Shown here in pieces: positions 49,280-59,835 of a stretch of 64,000 nt of DNA (positions within the stretch are counted from its first letter, which is position 1; every line of letters starts with the position of its first letter). The DNA comes from an uncultured virus (IMG/VR IMGVR_UViG_3300032116_000135) (lineage: Duplodnaviria > Heunggongvirae > Uroviricota > Caudoviricetes): IMG/VR virus record IMGVR_UViG_3300032116_000135. One strand, 5' to 3'. The notes beneath the pieces are model-generated. The model had not been told where the DNA came from, searched no databases, and saw nothing but the letters and a program-made list of their open reading frames with translations. The position numbers were made by a program, and so were the translations under genes.

Positions 49280-49738
49280 ATGGCAGATGGATTTACATAT
49301 GGTATAAACTTTCCATTCCGAGATTCATATCTTGGAAACTATTTAAGTTTATCTCAAACAACAGATGAGGAAGTAAGAACTAACTTAATTCACCTTCTCT
49401 TAACAAGGAAAGGTACAAGATATTATTTACCTGATTTTGGTACTAGATTATATGAATACATTTTTGAACCAATGGATGGACCGACTTTCTCTGATTTGGA
49501 AGCCGAAATAAGGGATTCAGTTACTGAATATTTACCGGGCATTACAGTTACAAATATAACAATAAATCCGGCATCTGAAGGTGAAGAAGATAAGGGTACA
49601 TATATCAACGACAATAATGAAAGAGTTTTTACAGTACCAGGAATTAGTCAAGCTGAACATACCGCGAAAATCAAAATAGATTACTTGGTTACCGATACAG
49701 CATTTAACTCAAGTGATTTTATAATTATCAATATTTAA
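49280..49738 (+). CDS. Baseplate wedge protein gp25-like
   Basis: YGINFPF, NLIHLLLTRKGTRYYLPDFGTRLYEYIFEP; start 49280 preferred over 49232. Confidence 0.9.
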   Translation: MADGFTYGINFPFRDSYLGNYLSLSQTTDEEVRTNLIHLLLTRKGTRYYLPDFGTRLYEYIFEPMDGPTFSDLEAEIRDSVTEYLPGITVTNITINPASEGEEDKGTYINDNNERVFTVPGISQAEHTAKIKIDYLVTDTAFNSSDFIIINI

Positions 49739-49742
49739 TATT

Positions 49743-51581
49743 ATGGCGAATAAAAAAATATCATATACAACCAGGGATTTTCAGTCAATAAGAACTGAAT
49801 TAATAAACTTTACTCGAACATATTATCCTGATTTAATTGATAATTTCAATGATGCTTCGGTTTTCTCCGCATTATTGGATTTAAACGCTGCGGTATCAGA
49901 TAACTTACAATTTAATATAGATAGAAGTATACAAGAAACTGTATTACAATTTGCACAACAACGTTCATCTATTTTTAACATAGCTAAAACTTATGGTTTA
50001 AAAATCCCCGGACAAAGACCATCAGTTGCGTTAGTTAATTTCTCGATAACAGTACCAGCATTTGGTGATAGAGAAGATTTAAGATATTGTGGTATATTAA
50101 GAAGAGGGGCTCAGATTAATGGTGCGGGACAAGTATTTGAAACCGTTTATGATATTGATTTTGCTTCGGCAGTAAATGCTGAAGGATTCCCAAATAGGTT
50201 AAAAATACCTAATTTTGATTCAGGAAATAGATTGTTAAACTACACTATTGTTAAACAAGAAACGGTTGTTAATGGTATCACTAAAGTGTTCAAAAGAGTA
50301 ATAACACCAAACGATATTAAACCATTCTTTGAATTATTTTTACCTGAAAGAAATGTTTTAGGGGTGACAAGTGTGTTATTAAAAGATGGTACACAATATG
50401 CTAACATACCCTCAGTACAAGAATTTTTGGGATTAGATAATAGATGGTATGAAGTAAAAGCTTTGGCGGAAGATAGAGTTTTTGTTGAGGATCCAACTAA
50501 AGTTGCTGATAACCCTGGTATAAAGGTTGGAAAATATATTACAACCTCAACCAAATTTATAACAGAATACACACCTGAAGGATTCTTTAAAATGACATTC
50601 GGAGGTGGAAGTCAATCGGCTGATGAACAATTGAGAGAATTCGCAAGAAATGGATATCAGTTAGATTTATACAAGTACTCTAATAACTTTGCTTTAGGTA
50701 GTACACTTAAGGCGAATACGACATTATTTGTTCAATATAGAATAGGTGGAGGAACATCTAGTAATTTAGGTGTTAATGTGATAACTCAAATAGGTACTGT
50801 TTCATTCTTTGTTAACGGTCCTTCAGATTCAGTTAATACAAGTGTGGTTAATTCATTATCTTGTACTAATGTCACTGCAGCTATTGGAGGGGCACCAAAT
50901 CCAACAACCGAAGAGGTTAGAAACTTGGTGGCATTTAACTTTGCTGCACAAAACAGGGCGGTAACTGTTAATGATTATGAATCAATAATAAGAACAATGC
51001 CGTCTCAATTTGGAGCACCTGCAAAGGTATCAATAACTGAGGAGAATAACAAAATTAAAATTAAGATTCTATCTTATGATGAGTCAGGAAATCTAACTGA
51101 AATCACCTCAAACACACTTAAAAGTAATATTGCGAACTATCTATCAAACTATAGAATGATAAATGATTATATATCAATTGAATCTGCAAATGTAATTGAC
51201 TTATCGTTTACAATTGATGTTGTCTTGGATAATAGTCAGAATCAGGGGGCGGTTATCGCTCAAATTGCCGATAGTGTTAGTGAATATATGAGTCCAAAAT
51301 CAAGAGAAATGGGACAAAATGTTAATGTATCTGAAATCAGAAGAATAATCCAATCTCAAAATGGAATTATATCAGTTGCCGATATTTTAATTTTTAATAA
51401 GGTGGGAGGACAATATTCATCATCTCAAACTTCACAAAGATATTTGGATAGTAATACAAAACAGATAGAATTAATTGACGATACCATATTTGCGGAACCG
51501 AGTCAAACGTATCAGGTTAGATTTTCTGGTAAGGATATTAATGTGAGAGTTAAGAATTTATCTACCGTCAATTTCTCCTAA
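49743..51581 (+). CDS. Baseplate wedge protein gp6 / baseplate J-like
   Basis: YTTRDFQSIRTEL, YRIGGG..SN, AQNRAVTVNDYE. Confidence 0.88.
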   Translation: MANKKISYTTRDFQSIRTELINFTRTYYPDLIDNFNDASVFSALLDLNAAVSDNLQFNIDRSIQETVLQFAQQRSSIFNIAKTYGLKIPGQRPSVALVNFSITVPAFGDREDLRYCGILRRGAQINGAGQVFETVYDIDFASAVNAEGFPNRLKIPNFDSGNRLLNYTIVKQETVVNGITKVFKRVITPNDIKPFFELFLPERNVLGVTSVLLKDGTQYANIPSVQEFLGLDNRWYEVKALAEDRVFVEDPTKVADNPGIKVGKYITTSTKFITEYTPEGFFKMTFGGGSQSADEQLREFARNGYQLDLYKYSNNFALGSTLKANTTLFVQYRIGGGTSSNLGVNVITQIGTVSFFVNGPSDSVNTSVVNSLSCTNVTAAIGGAPNPTTEEVRNLVAFNFAAQNRAVTVNDYESIIRTMPSQFGAPAKVSITEENNKIKIKILSYDESGNLTEITSNTLKSNIANYLSNYRMINDYISIESANVIDLSFTIDVVLDNSQNQGAVIAQIADSVSEYMSPKSREMGQNVNVSEIRRIIQSQNGIISVADILIFNKVGGQYSSSQTSQRYLDSNTKQIELIDDTIFAEPSQTYQVRFSGKDINVRVKNLSTVNFS

Positions 51582-51655
51582 TAATTTATTTCCCCCATAA
51601 TTGATTTATCTTTTTGAAAAAGTCAAATAAAGTATTTATTTAAAAAGATAAATTA

Positions 51656-54600
51656 ATGTCAAATACATATAGAATAAGAACCCAAGTTGGGGTTGATAAA
51701 TCCATTAAATTACTATTAGATCAGGATTTTGAACAGTTAGAGATACTTTCTCTTAAAATATTATCAAGTCAAGTTTATAATAGACAATGTTCCGATTATG
51801 GTGTTATCATTGGTAGAATATCTGCAAATAATGGATTAGGTTTACCAAATTGTAAGGTATCTCTATTTATTCCACTTTCAAGTGAAGATGAAGAAAATCC
51901 TGTAATATCAACTTTATATCCGTATAAATCACTATCTGATGTCAACGAGGATGGGTATAGATATAATTTATTACCATACACAAAATCATATAGTGCTCAC
52001 GTCCCTACAGGTAGTTTTCCTGATAGAGAAGATGCTTTGATTGACACCAATGTGATTGAAGTTTATGATAAGTATTATAAGTTCACAACACAAACGAATG
52101 ACAGTGGTGACTATATGATATTTGGTGTCCCACTTGGTTCACAAACGATTCATGTTGACATTGACTTATCAGACATCGGTGAATTCTCATTATCACCACA
52201 GGACTTAATTAGAGCTGGTGTTGCGACAGAATCTCAGGTTGCAGGTGCTTCATTTAAATCATCAAGTAATTTAAATAGTTTACCTCAGATTATATCATTT
52301 AACAGAACAATAAATGTTGATCCTTTTTGGGGAGAAACTGATGTTTGTAGTATTGGTATAACAAGAACTGACTTCGATATCACTGCGGAATCAAATGTGA
52401 ATATCACACCAACTGCGATATTCATGGGTTCTATTATTTCATCAGGGGATGATCAATCTCAAAAAAGTAATTGTAAAATAAAACCAAAACAAGGTGATTT
52501 ATGTGGATTAGTTGCTGGACCTGGTGAAATTTTAGCAATTAGACAAACAATACAACAAGATAATCAAGGTAGACCAATACTTGAAGTTTTTGAATTGGAC
52601 TCAGGAGGACAAGTTATTGATGATAATGGTACATGGTTAATTGATGTACCAATGAATTTGGATTATGTCTTCACTAATGAATTTGGTGAAAGAGTTATAT
52701 CTAACGATCCAAGTGTTGGTATCCCGACAAGAGGAAAATATAGATTTAAAATTAAATGGAATCAATCACCTAAGTTATCTGATCCAATTAAAAGAGCGTA
52801 TTTCTTAGTTCCAAATATTAGAGAATATGGTTGGACATCAGGTGGAAATGATCCGGGAGTGTCAAATCCAAATGTTTATAAATCATACGCTTTTAGTTTA
52901 GATTGGGATGAATATGTTGATCCTCAAGCCGCTATAGATTGTGAGGATTATTTTTATTTAATGTCATTTAATAAAGTTTATACTGTAACACAATTAATAG
53001 ACCAATATAGAAGGGGTTATTTACCTAATAGAACAATTTCAATAAGAAATATCTTGGACGATGCTTGTGAAAGTGAAAACGTTAAGTTCCCTACTAATGA
53101 TGCTTTTTATAGATTTGATTCACAATATTTGTTATTTATTATTTTGTTATATATCGCTAGACCAATATTATATATATTATTAATAGTTTCACATCTATTG
53201 GCGGGATTATTATATGTTTTAACATTTGGTAGTTCACTTTGGAGAAAAATTGCAAACTTAAGATTACCAAATTTATCTTATCCTGATTGTGATTTGTGTA
53301 ACTGTAAAGAAGGGGGTGACGCAACAGGTCCGGGTCCTTCAGCGGCACAAACAGCAATTGACGAGGCATTAACTCAACAAGGATATTTAACACCACTATG
53401 GTCTTTCAGTCAATATACACGACCAGCAGGACTTTGGCAAGATAGACATGGTGAACAGAACCCCAATCCCGCTAGTTTTACATATCCTTATGATCAAATC
53501 AGTCAACTAAACGGTGTTTGGTGTGGACAATATAGTCCTTTTTGTGATCCACAGACTAATTTCTTAGACGAACCCAATTATTTAACATTTTCTGAACAAC
53601 TTTTATTAACAGGAAAACCATACGATCCCGGATTACCATCGCCAGGTACATTTGCACCTCAAATGCAAGATTTATTAAACGGTAGAAAGATATTTACAAC
53701 AAGTATCCCAATTTTCGAGAGATTAAATCTTTTTAATTTAAAATCAGCATACTATGATGGTAATAGGACTACTGAATGGGATTATTATGTTACTGGTCAG
53801 GATGGGGATTGGTTTCCTCAAAATCAAGATGTAAGAAATTCAACCAATCCTTGGGGTGGTGGAAATAGAATTAGAGTGTCATTCAGACCAACATTAAATG
53901 GTTATCCTGATTGGCGTGACGATCCTTTTTCATTCACCGACAAATGGATTGTGTTTGGCACTGAAGCACCATATCATTTTGATAATGTATTAGTTTTGAT
54001 GGTAAAACCTGAAAAATTAGGTGAATTTACATCAGGTAAACTAGTAACATTCCAAAATCCTGAATTATCAAGTGATAGAAATCTAACAGGAAATACGACA
54101 AATCAATTTGGTAATACTGCCACTACAGGACAAACTATTAACACTGGACCTACGAGTATTGATGTTAATTGGGCTAAATTTGATGGGACGGGAGATAATG
54201 TAACAACCTATCTAATTAATGATGGGGTTGATGAAGTAGAATATAATAAATATCCAATGGATATTGAATATTTTCAAGTTATTACTGCAGACACTATTGC
54301 TAATTTTTATAGTTTTCTTTATGGACAACCAGGAAATCCTGAAAATTATCAATTTGATTATTCATTTCCTTTTTCTGGTAAACATTACCCCAACTATCCT
54401 GGTACATTACATCACGCATTGTTTACCCGTACTAATATTGTTACAATGAGAGTTGATGATAACGATTTTGTTCAAAATCAATATCGAGGTCAATCTAATA
54501 CTAATAGATTTTATCAAACAGGTACATATCGTGTTAGTCCTGCACAATCATTTAATAATTTTGAAAATCAAGTTCTTGTATTCTTAGTAAGAGGAGTTGA

Positions 54601-57178
54601 CCCGTATTCCAAGAGAGGTGAAGTTGAGTATGATTTATCAGGTGTTATTAATCCATTCTCTTCGCCTATATGGGCTAGAACTCCAGTTCCCCCAACAAAC
54701 TTGGGAATAAATAACTGGAATAGATTTGATTTTAGTTCAAATTGTAATCCTTATTATAATCCTGGATGTATCGATCCCTTACAATCCCCCCTTCCAAGAT
54801 TTGTAGTTAGAGGTGATAATTTTAAACTAAACATACCAATTAATGGAGGTATTAAAAATACTAGACACAATAATAATGTCGATGGGTTTGATTCTGATAG
54901 TGGACAATATTTGTATTATCCATCATATCGTTATAAACCAAATACTGTAGGTACATCTAGTTTTATTGAATTTAATTCAGGATTACCTAAATATTATTCA
55001 CAATTAGATAAAACAACATTTTATTCTTATTTGGATAATGCTAGAGATGTTAGTGATGTTACAAATAATAGTAACACAAACCCTACAACACAAGACAATC
55101 CAGTATATTTAAAACTGAATAGAGATTATCAGTCAAACAACAGAGGTTACCCCCCACGATATACTGAACAATTAAGAAACGCATTTCAAGTTGAATTCAG
55201 AAGAATACGTGATCTTCAAGAAGAAAGATATCCTATTTTAAATGGGGATCAAGATCGTATAGGGCTTGATAGACATAAAAGTCCAAACATATATTATCGT
55301 TCATATTGGCCGAATCAAATTGTTGAAGGTGGTACATTTATGAATCAAGTATTATGTTTAAATGGTGGGGCTGGACAATGTAGTTTAGGTCCTGATTTAG
55401 ATCCTAACGATAATAGACCAAAAGGGGTGTCTTATTATTACGCCCCATCTTACTTATTATATAATTTATCATATTCATATACCACTACAATGGCGTCTGA
55501 GGGTAGAATCGTAATGAGATCGGATAGGTTACCTATCTCAACATCATATATTCAAGATTTACAGAATGTTTTCCCATTATTTTCTAACCCATTATTTACG
55601 GTATATACCATAAATGAAGATGATGATGGAAGTGGAGGAACTGGAGGTTTATTTGGATCTAGTACATCATCACCTCTTAACACACCAAACTTTGGTGATA
55701 TAGCACAGAATGCTGAGGATAATCCGGAAGGAGTACCAATATTAAATACATTTTCATGCGAATCATTAGTACCATTAGGTTGTTATACTCCAGATGGTAA
55801 TGAAATTACTGTTTTAGAAAGACCCAATGTTTGTTATGAAAATGGTGTAAATAACGCACTTATCATCGATAATGGTTGTTATGTACTTATAACAGCACCA
55901 TTTGCCTCAATAATTAAAGATTTTTCATTATTAAACGAATGGACAAATAGGATACAAATTAACTATGCTGCTTGTAGAAATATATGGTCGCATATGTTTA
56001 CGAATAATTGGATTAATGGTACATTATATGCCTTCTCCTTCAAAAACGATACATTTTTCGACATTAATAACAACCCTGTACGTAATTATTGTAAAGATAC
56101 TGTAATACTACATCCGACTAATAACTATTATTATAGAAGTAGCCCATACATCTCAGGATCAACAACACAATCGGGAACATTTATTGGGGCTAATAGAAGA
56201 GCACCTACAGTTGGGACATATAAAGGTAATGAAAGAAATCTTAAATTCCCAACAACTATTGTTGATTTAGGACCTAGAAATGACTTCACACAAGAATTAG
56301 TACTTACTAATGAATATGATGGATATATAATGAACAGATTATCCGATACAACATATAAAGATGTATCTGAAATTCTTAATATCCTAATTGTAAGTAGATT
56401 AATTAATAACAGCTTTATTCAAAATTTATTAGGTACTGGAGGAGCAAATGTTAAGAGTTATTTCAATGGTAGAGATGAGTATAAAAACTTTGTTGATGGT
56501 GATTATGCTCAAATGATTTCAATAAATTCAGAATTGGGTGTTGTTGAATTTGATGCTGATAATTATCCACCAATTGGTGGACCAAATGATCAGGATCCAA
56601 TTTATTTTGTAAGTACTCGAAGTGATGATCCTGTATTTGGTATATTCTTTTCATCTGATTCACAAACTAGAGACTATCTTTCACCAAAGAGAACAATTAT
56701 TAATCCGCTAGCATCTCCGAATAGTAGCTGTGCTTTTAGTAATTTCTTTGTTTATTCACAAGAAGTGCCATTTTACCAGTGGCAAATAAATAACAATGAG
56801 AATTCAGCCGGATCACCATACAATAACATATTTGGTTCACAGAGTAACACATGGTTCACCACACCGATTTCAACATCGTTCTTTAAAAGAAGATATCAAT
56901 CATTGGATAGGTTAGATACAAACTCAAGATATTTCAGAAGTAATAGTTCGTTCTCAAGAGATTCTAAAGGATATATTTATTCGTATGACAGTAATCCATT
57001 ATCACCAAATTACAATCAATACGACGCATCGCGACCATCTTGGAATACAAATAGTCCCCAATCGAATGCGGTTACAGTTGGTGCCCCATATTATTTTTAT
57101 TTTGGGTTGAAAAATGGTAAAACCGCATGGGATAGATTTATTAAGAAATGGATAAACTTTGAAAACATAACAGAATAA
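51656..57178 (+). CDS. Large virion structural protein (baseplate/fibre region) with a hydrophobic segment
   Basis: 1840 aa, Asn/Gly/Pro/Cys-rich; follows gp6; N-terminal GVIIGRI...TNDSGDYMIFGVPLG beta-sandwich-like domain. Confidence 0.6.
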   Translation: MSNTYRIRTQVGVDKSIKLLLDQDFEQLEILSLKILSSQVYNRQCSDYGVIIGRISANNGLGLPNCKVSLFIPLSSEDEENPVISTLYPYKSLSDVNEDGYRYNLLPYTKSYSAHVPTGSFPDREDALIDTNVIEVYDKYYKFTTQTNDSGDYMIFGVPLGSQTIHVDIDLSDIGEFSLSPQDLIRAGVATESQVAGASFKSSSNLNSLPQIISFNRTINVDPFWGETDVCSIGITRTDFDITAESNVNITPTAIFMGSIISSGDDQSQKSNCKIKPKQGDLCGLVAGPGEILAIRQTIQQDNQGRPILEVFELDSGGQVIDDNGTWLIDVPMNLDYVFTNEFGERVISNDPSVGIPTRGKYRFKIKWNQSPKLSDPIKRAYFLVPNIREYGWTSGGNDPGVSNPNVYKSYAFSLDWDEYVDPQAAIDCEDYFYLMSFNKVYTVTQLIDQYRRGYLPNRTISIRNILDDACESENVKFPTNDAFYRFDSQYLLFIILLYIARPILYILLIVSHLLAGLLYVLTFGSSLWRKIANLRLPNLSYPDCDLCNCKEGGDATGPGPSAAQTAIDEALTQQGYLTPLWSFSQYTRPAGLWQDRHGEQNPNPASFTYPYDQISQLNGVWCGQYSPFCDPQTNFLDEPNYLTFSEQLLLTGKPYDPGLPSPGTFAPQMQDLLNGRKIFTTSIPIFERLNLFNLKSAYYDGNRTTEWDYYVTGQDGDWFPQNQDVRNSTNPWGGGNRIRVSFRPTLNGYPDWRDDPFSFTDKWIVFGTEAPYHFDNVLVLMVKPEKLGEFTSGKLVTFQNPELSSDRNLTGNTTNQFGNTATTGQTINTGPTSIDVNWAKFDGTGDNVTTYLINDGVDEVEYNKYPMDIEYFQVITADTIANFYSFLYGQPGNPENYQFDYSFPFSGKHYPNYPGTLHHALFTRTNIVTMRVDDNDFVQNQYRGQSNTNRFYQTGTYRVSPAQSFNNFENQVLVFLVRGVDPYSKRGEVEYDLSGVINPFSSPIWARTPVPPTNLGINNWNRFDFSSNCNPYYNPGCIDPLQSPLPRFVVRGDNFKLNIPINGGIKNTRHNNNVDGFDSDSGQYLYYPSYRYKPNTVGTSSFIEFNSGLPKYYSQLDKTTFYSYLDNARDVSDVTNNSNTNPTTQDNPVYLKLNRDYQSNNRGYPPRYTEQLRNAFQVEFRRIRDLQEERYPILNGDQDRIGLDRHKSPNIYYRSYWPNQIVEGGTFMNQVLCLNGGAGQCSLGPDLDPNDNRPKGVSYYYAPSYLLYNLSYSYTTTMASEGRIVMRSDRLPISTSYIQDLQNVFPLFSNPLFTVYTINEDDDGSGGTGGLFGSSTSSPLNTPNFGDIAQNAEDNPEGVPILNTFSCESLVPLGCYTPDGNEITVLERPNVCYENGVNNALIIDNGCYVLITAPFASIIKDFSLLNEWTNRIQINYAACRNIWSHMFTNNWINGTLYAFSFKNDTFFDINNNPVRNYCKDTVILHPTNNYYYRSSPYISGSTTQSGTFIGANRRAPTVGTYKGNERNLKFPTTIVDLGPRNDFTQELVLTNEYDGYIMNRLSDTTYKDVSEILNILIVSRLINNSFIQNLLGTGGANVKSYFNGRDEYKNFVDGDYAQMISINSELGVVEFDADNYPPIGGPNDQDPIYFVSTRSDDPVFGIFFSSDSQTRDYLSPKRTIINPLASPNSSCAFSNFFVYSQEVPFYQWQINNNENSAGSPYNNIFGSQSNTWFTTPISTSFFKRRYQSLDRLDTNSRYFRSNSSFSRDSKGYIYSYDSNPLSPNYNQYDASRPSWNTNSPQSNAVTVGAPYYFYFGLKNGKTAWDRFIKKWINFENITE

Positions 57179-59017
57179 ATGGGTAATAGAAATGATACAA
57201 GAATAGTTTTAGGTTCGTTTAGATATAAAGGATCACCTAATACCGATTTATCAATTCCACTTGATTTGGAGGAAACTCAAAAACAAATGGTTGAATATGA
57301 AAGAACCGCCAACGTAAATTTGGAAGAAACTTTTTTACAAGAAAGGGAAAGTTCTAACAAATTCAGACCGGCTTGTAAGTTCTCAATAATATTTAAAAAC
57401 GCTTATACTGGCTCGACTATTGGAAATCCACCATACCCGCCTTTTGAACAGAATTTGTATTATGTTAACGCTTTGGAAACAGTTATTCAAAGATGTGACC
57501 CAAACTCAAATTTCCCATGGGGTGGATTTCCATTGTATAATGAATTTGATTTTATTCGATATGATAATAATGTATCAGGATATACGGCATCATCGGGTTC
57601 AACACCTGCTCATGTAAACTTCGCAACTAAAAGTGCATCAAGTTATAATTGGAACTTTTTCATCAGTTATGCTTATGAGAATGATTATAATAAACAATTA
57701 CGAGCAACATTCAAAGTACCGAATGAGCCAAATCCTACATTCCCAACGGTAAATTGGGGAGTTAGTGATGGTATTCCATTCGTTATTAAACAATCAACAT
57801 ATAATGGAAGAAATATAATTGGATTTAGATGTCCTATTAAACACGGGATGAGTGTTGGAGATTTCTTTAAAGTTAGTTCCAATTTCAGATACACTGGAAC
57901 TAGTGTTAATGATGTTTATCAAGTATATTCATTGGGTGATAACATATTTGGTAGTGAAGAATATGTGTTTAATATCATTAATGTAGGATATACTGGTACA
58001 ACATTTAATGATGGAGGGCAAGGTACTGCTCGAAGAGTTATATCAAGAGATAATGTTGATGATACTATCTCAAAATATTATATAAGAAAAAATAAAATAT
58101 TAACAAATATTGATGATGTTATTGTTACTAAAACAGGATTCGAACAGACAGCATTTAGAAATGTTAAAAAATTTGAACCAGCAAATTTAACCCCTAATTT
58201 AACATCAAGAATATCAGTTAAAGAAGGATCTCAAGCTTATTCAGTTACAGTAAATAACATTGTAGATATTAATAATTTGTTGGATAATCAAAAGAGACCT
58301 GTTTCTGAATTATTTTTTACCGTTATGTGGAAAGGGTATTTTGGATGGACATTTGGAGTTAATAATTCTCAGACTGGAAATTATTACCCTATGAAACAAG
58401 GATGGGACTTTAATATACCATCATCAGGAACAACAACAGTTCCTAATCCTTGGTGGGATAATAACAATTCATTATCGAATACCAATTTCACATTTTCAGA
58501 CTATCAAAAAACGATAAATGGTAATGACTATAATTTCACCTATTTGAATACATTACAAAAAGATGATGTATTGGATGGTGATTTATGTGAGTGGAATGAT
58601 TTTGAACAAACTGAAAGAGTAATTTCTCGTGTTTACCATAAAATAAAATTTAACCCAAATTTATTTAATATAAATCAATCAAACGATACTACAGCCTCCA
58701 ACCAAAGAGGATATTATTATAATCCATTACACTCAATGACAATTAGAGTTTTTTCGGATTATATAGAGGAAGGTGATAAAAAATTGGTTGAAAATATTCC
58801 GAACTACGCATATTTCACATCAACAAATGATAAATTCATTTGGAGAGATTTATACCCTTATGGGTATGTTGACAGTACTGGATTGGGTGTTGATTATCCA
58901 TTTTTAAACGGTGTTCACTATCCTCATGAAAATTTTATTTTTAGAATTATTCCTGAAGGAACTAATTATATTGAACAAACCATAACCAGACAACCAATAA
59001 GTGACCCTTGTGAATAA
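57179..59017 (+). CDS. Putative baseplate/structural protein
   Basis: 612 aa, coupled within the structural operon. Confidence 0.6.
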   Translation: MGNRNDTRIVLGSFRYKGSPNTDLSIPLDLEETQKQMVEYERTANVNLEETFLQERESSNKFRPACKFSIIFKNAYTGSTIGNPPYPPFEQNLYYVNALETVIQRCDPNSNFPWGGFPLYNEFDFIRYDNNVSGYTASSGSTPAHVNFATKSASSYNWNFFISYAYENDYNKQLRATFKVPNEPNPTFPTVNWGVSDGIPFVIKQSTYNGRNIIGFRCPIKHGMSVGDFFKVSSNFRYTGTSVNDVYQVYSLGDNIFGSEEYVFNIINVGYTGTTFNDGGQGTARRVISRDNVDDTISKYYIRKNKILTNIDDVIVTKTGFEQTAFRNVKKFEPANLTPNLTSRISVKEGSQAYSVTVNNIVDINNLLDNQKRPVSELFFTVMWKGYFGWTFGVNNSQTGNYYPMKQGWDFNIPSSGTTTVPNPWWDNNNSLSNTNFTFSDYQKTINGNDYNFTYLNTLQKDDVLDGDLCEWNDFEQTERVISRVYHKIKFNPNLFNINQSNDTTASNQRGYYYNPLHSMTIRVFSDYIEEGDKKLVENIPNYAYFTSTNDKFIWRDLYPYGYVDSTGLGVDYPFLNGVHYPHENFIFRIIPEGTNYIEQTITRQPISDPCE

Positions 59018-59834
59018 ATTTTATTTAAAACTTTCAGATGTAAACCAAGGACTTCAATTACCCGTTGAAGTTAATTGGGATTTCCTTGGTAAACAAGATA
59101 GTATTGAAGATTACGAATCTACAGTAATTGATGAAATTATTGGTACTGCGACGGATTTTGAAGTATCAAGGTTTTATCATGATGAATACAATCCACCAAA
59201 TGATAATAGAACAAGTGTTCATTATGATTTCAGGTTCTATTCAAGTGGGGTTACATCTGTAAGTTCAACAACTGTTGCAAGTACTAACTTATGGGTTAAC
59301 AGTTATTTGGCGGAAGGATTCTCATCAACAGAGGTTTACTACTTCAGTCGACCTTTTAGAAATTCCTTCTTCAAGTTGGACTTCTATGATAGTAATGATG
59401 TTAAAAGTCAAACAAATTATTTTACGGTTATTATTCCAACCCAACAAGGATTAACTCAAAGTGCGTCAACATCTAGTGTATTAAGTAATGTTAATATAAA
59501 AAAACCATATTTCATCTTGGATTTCATTGGAGATCAGGAGGGATTCTTTTTTTATTGGTTAACCGATTTTGATTATTTACAGATTGACACATTTTATATG
59601 TCAGCAAAATTCTTTGATGCTAAATTGGGAGTCTTTATTAAAATGATGAATACACCTCAAGCATTATTACCAAACAAATTTATTTTTGATGGTGGTAAAT
59701 ATTTCTTTCATAAAGTTGAGTTAAATTATAGTAATAAAACATACAAAATATTTGATGGTGAGTCACCAAATACAAGAATTGGAACAAGTATTAATCCAAT
59801 GATATGGTATGAATATGTAAATCCGCCTGAATAA
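59001..59834 (+). CDS. Putative structural protein
   Basis: 277 aa, GTG start overlapping the previous gene. Confidence 0.55.
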   Translation: MTLVNKFYLKLSDVNQGLQLPVEVNWDFLGKQDSIEDYESTVIDEIIGTATDFEVSRFYHDEYNPPNDNRTSVHYDFRFYSSGVTSVSSTTVASTNLWVNSYLAEGFSSTEVYYFSRPFRNSFFKLDFYDSNDVKSQTNYFTVIIPTQQGLTQSASTSSVLSNVNIKKPYFILDFIGDQEGFFFYWLTDFDYLQIDTFYMSAKFFDAKLGVFIKMMNTPQALLPNKFIFDGGKYFFHKVELNYSNKTYKIFDGESPNTRIGTSINPMIWYEYVNPPE

Positions 59835-59835
59835 A

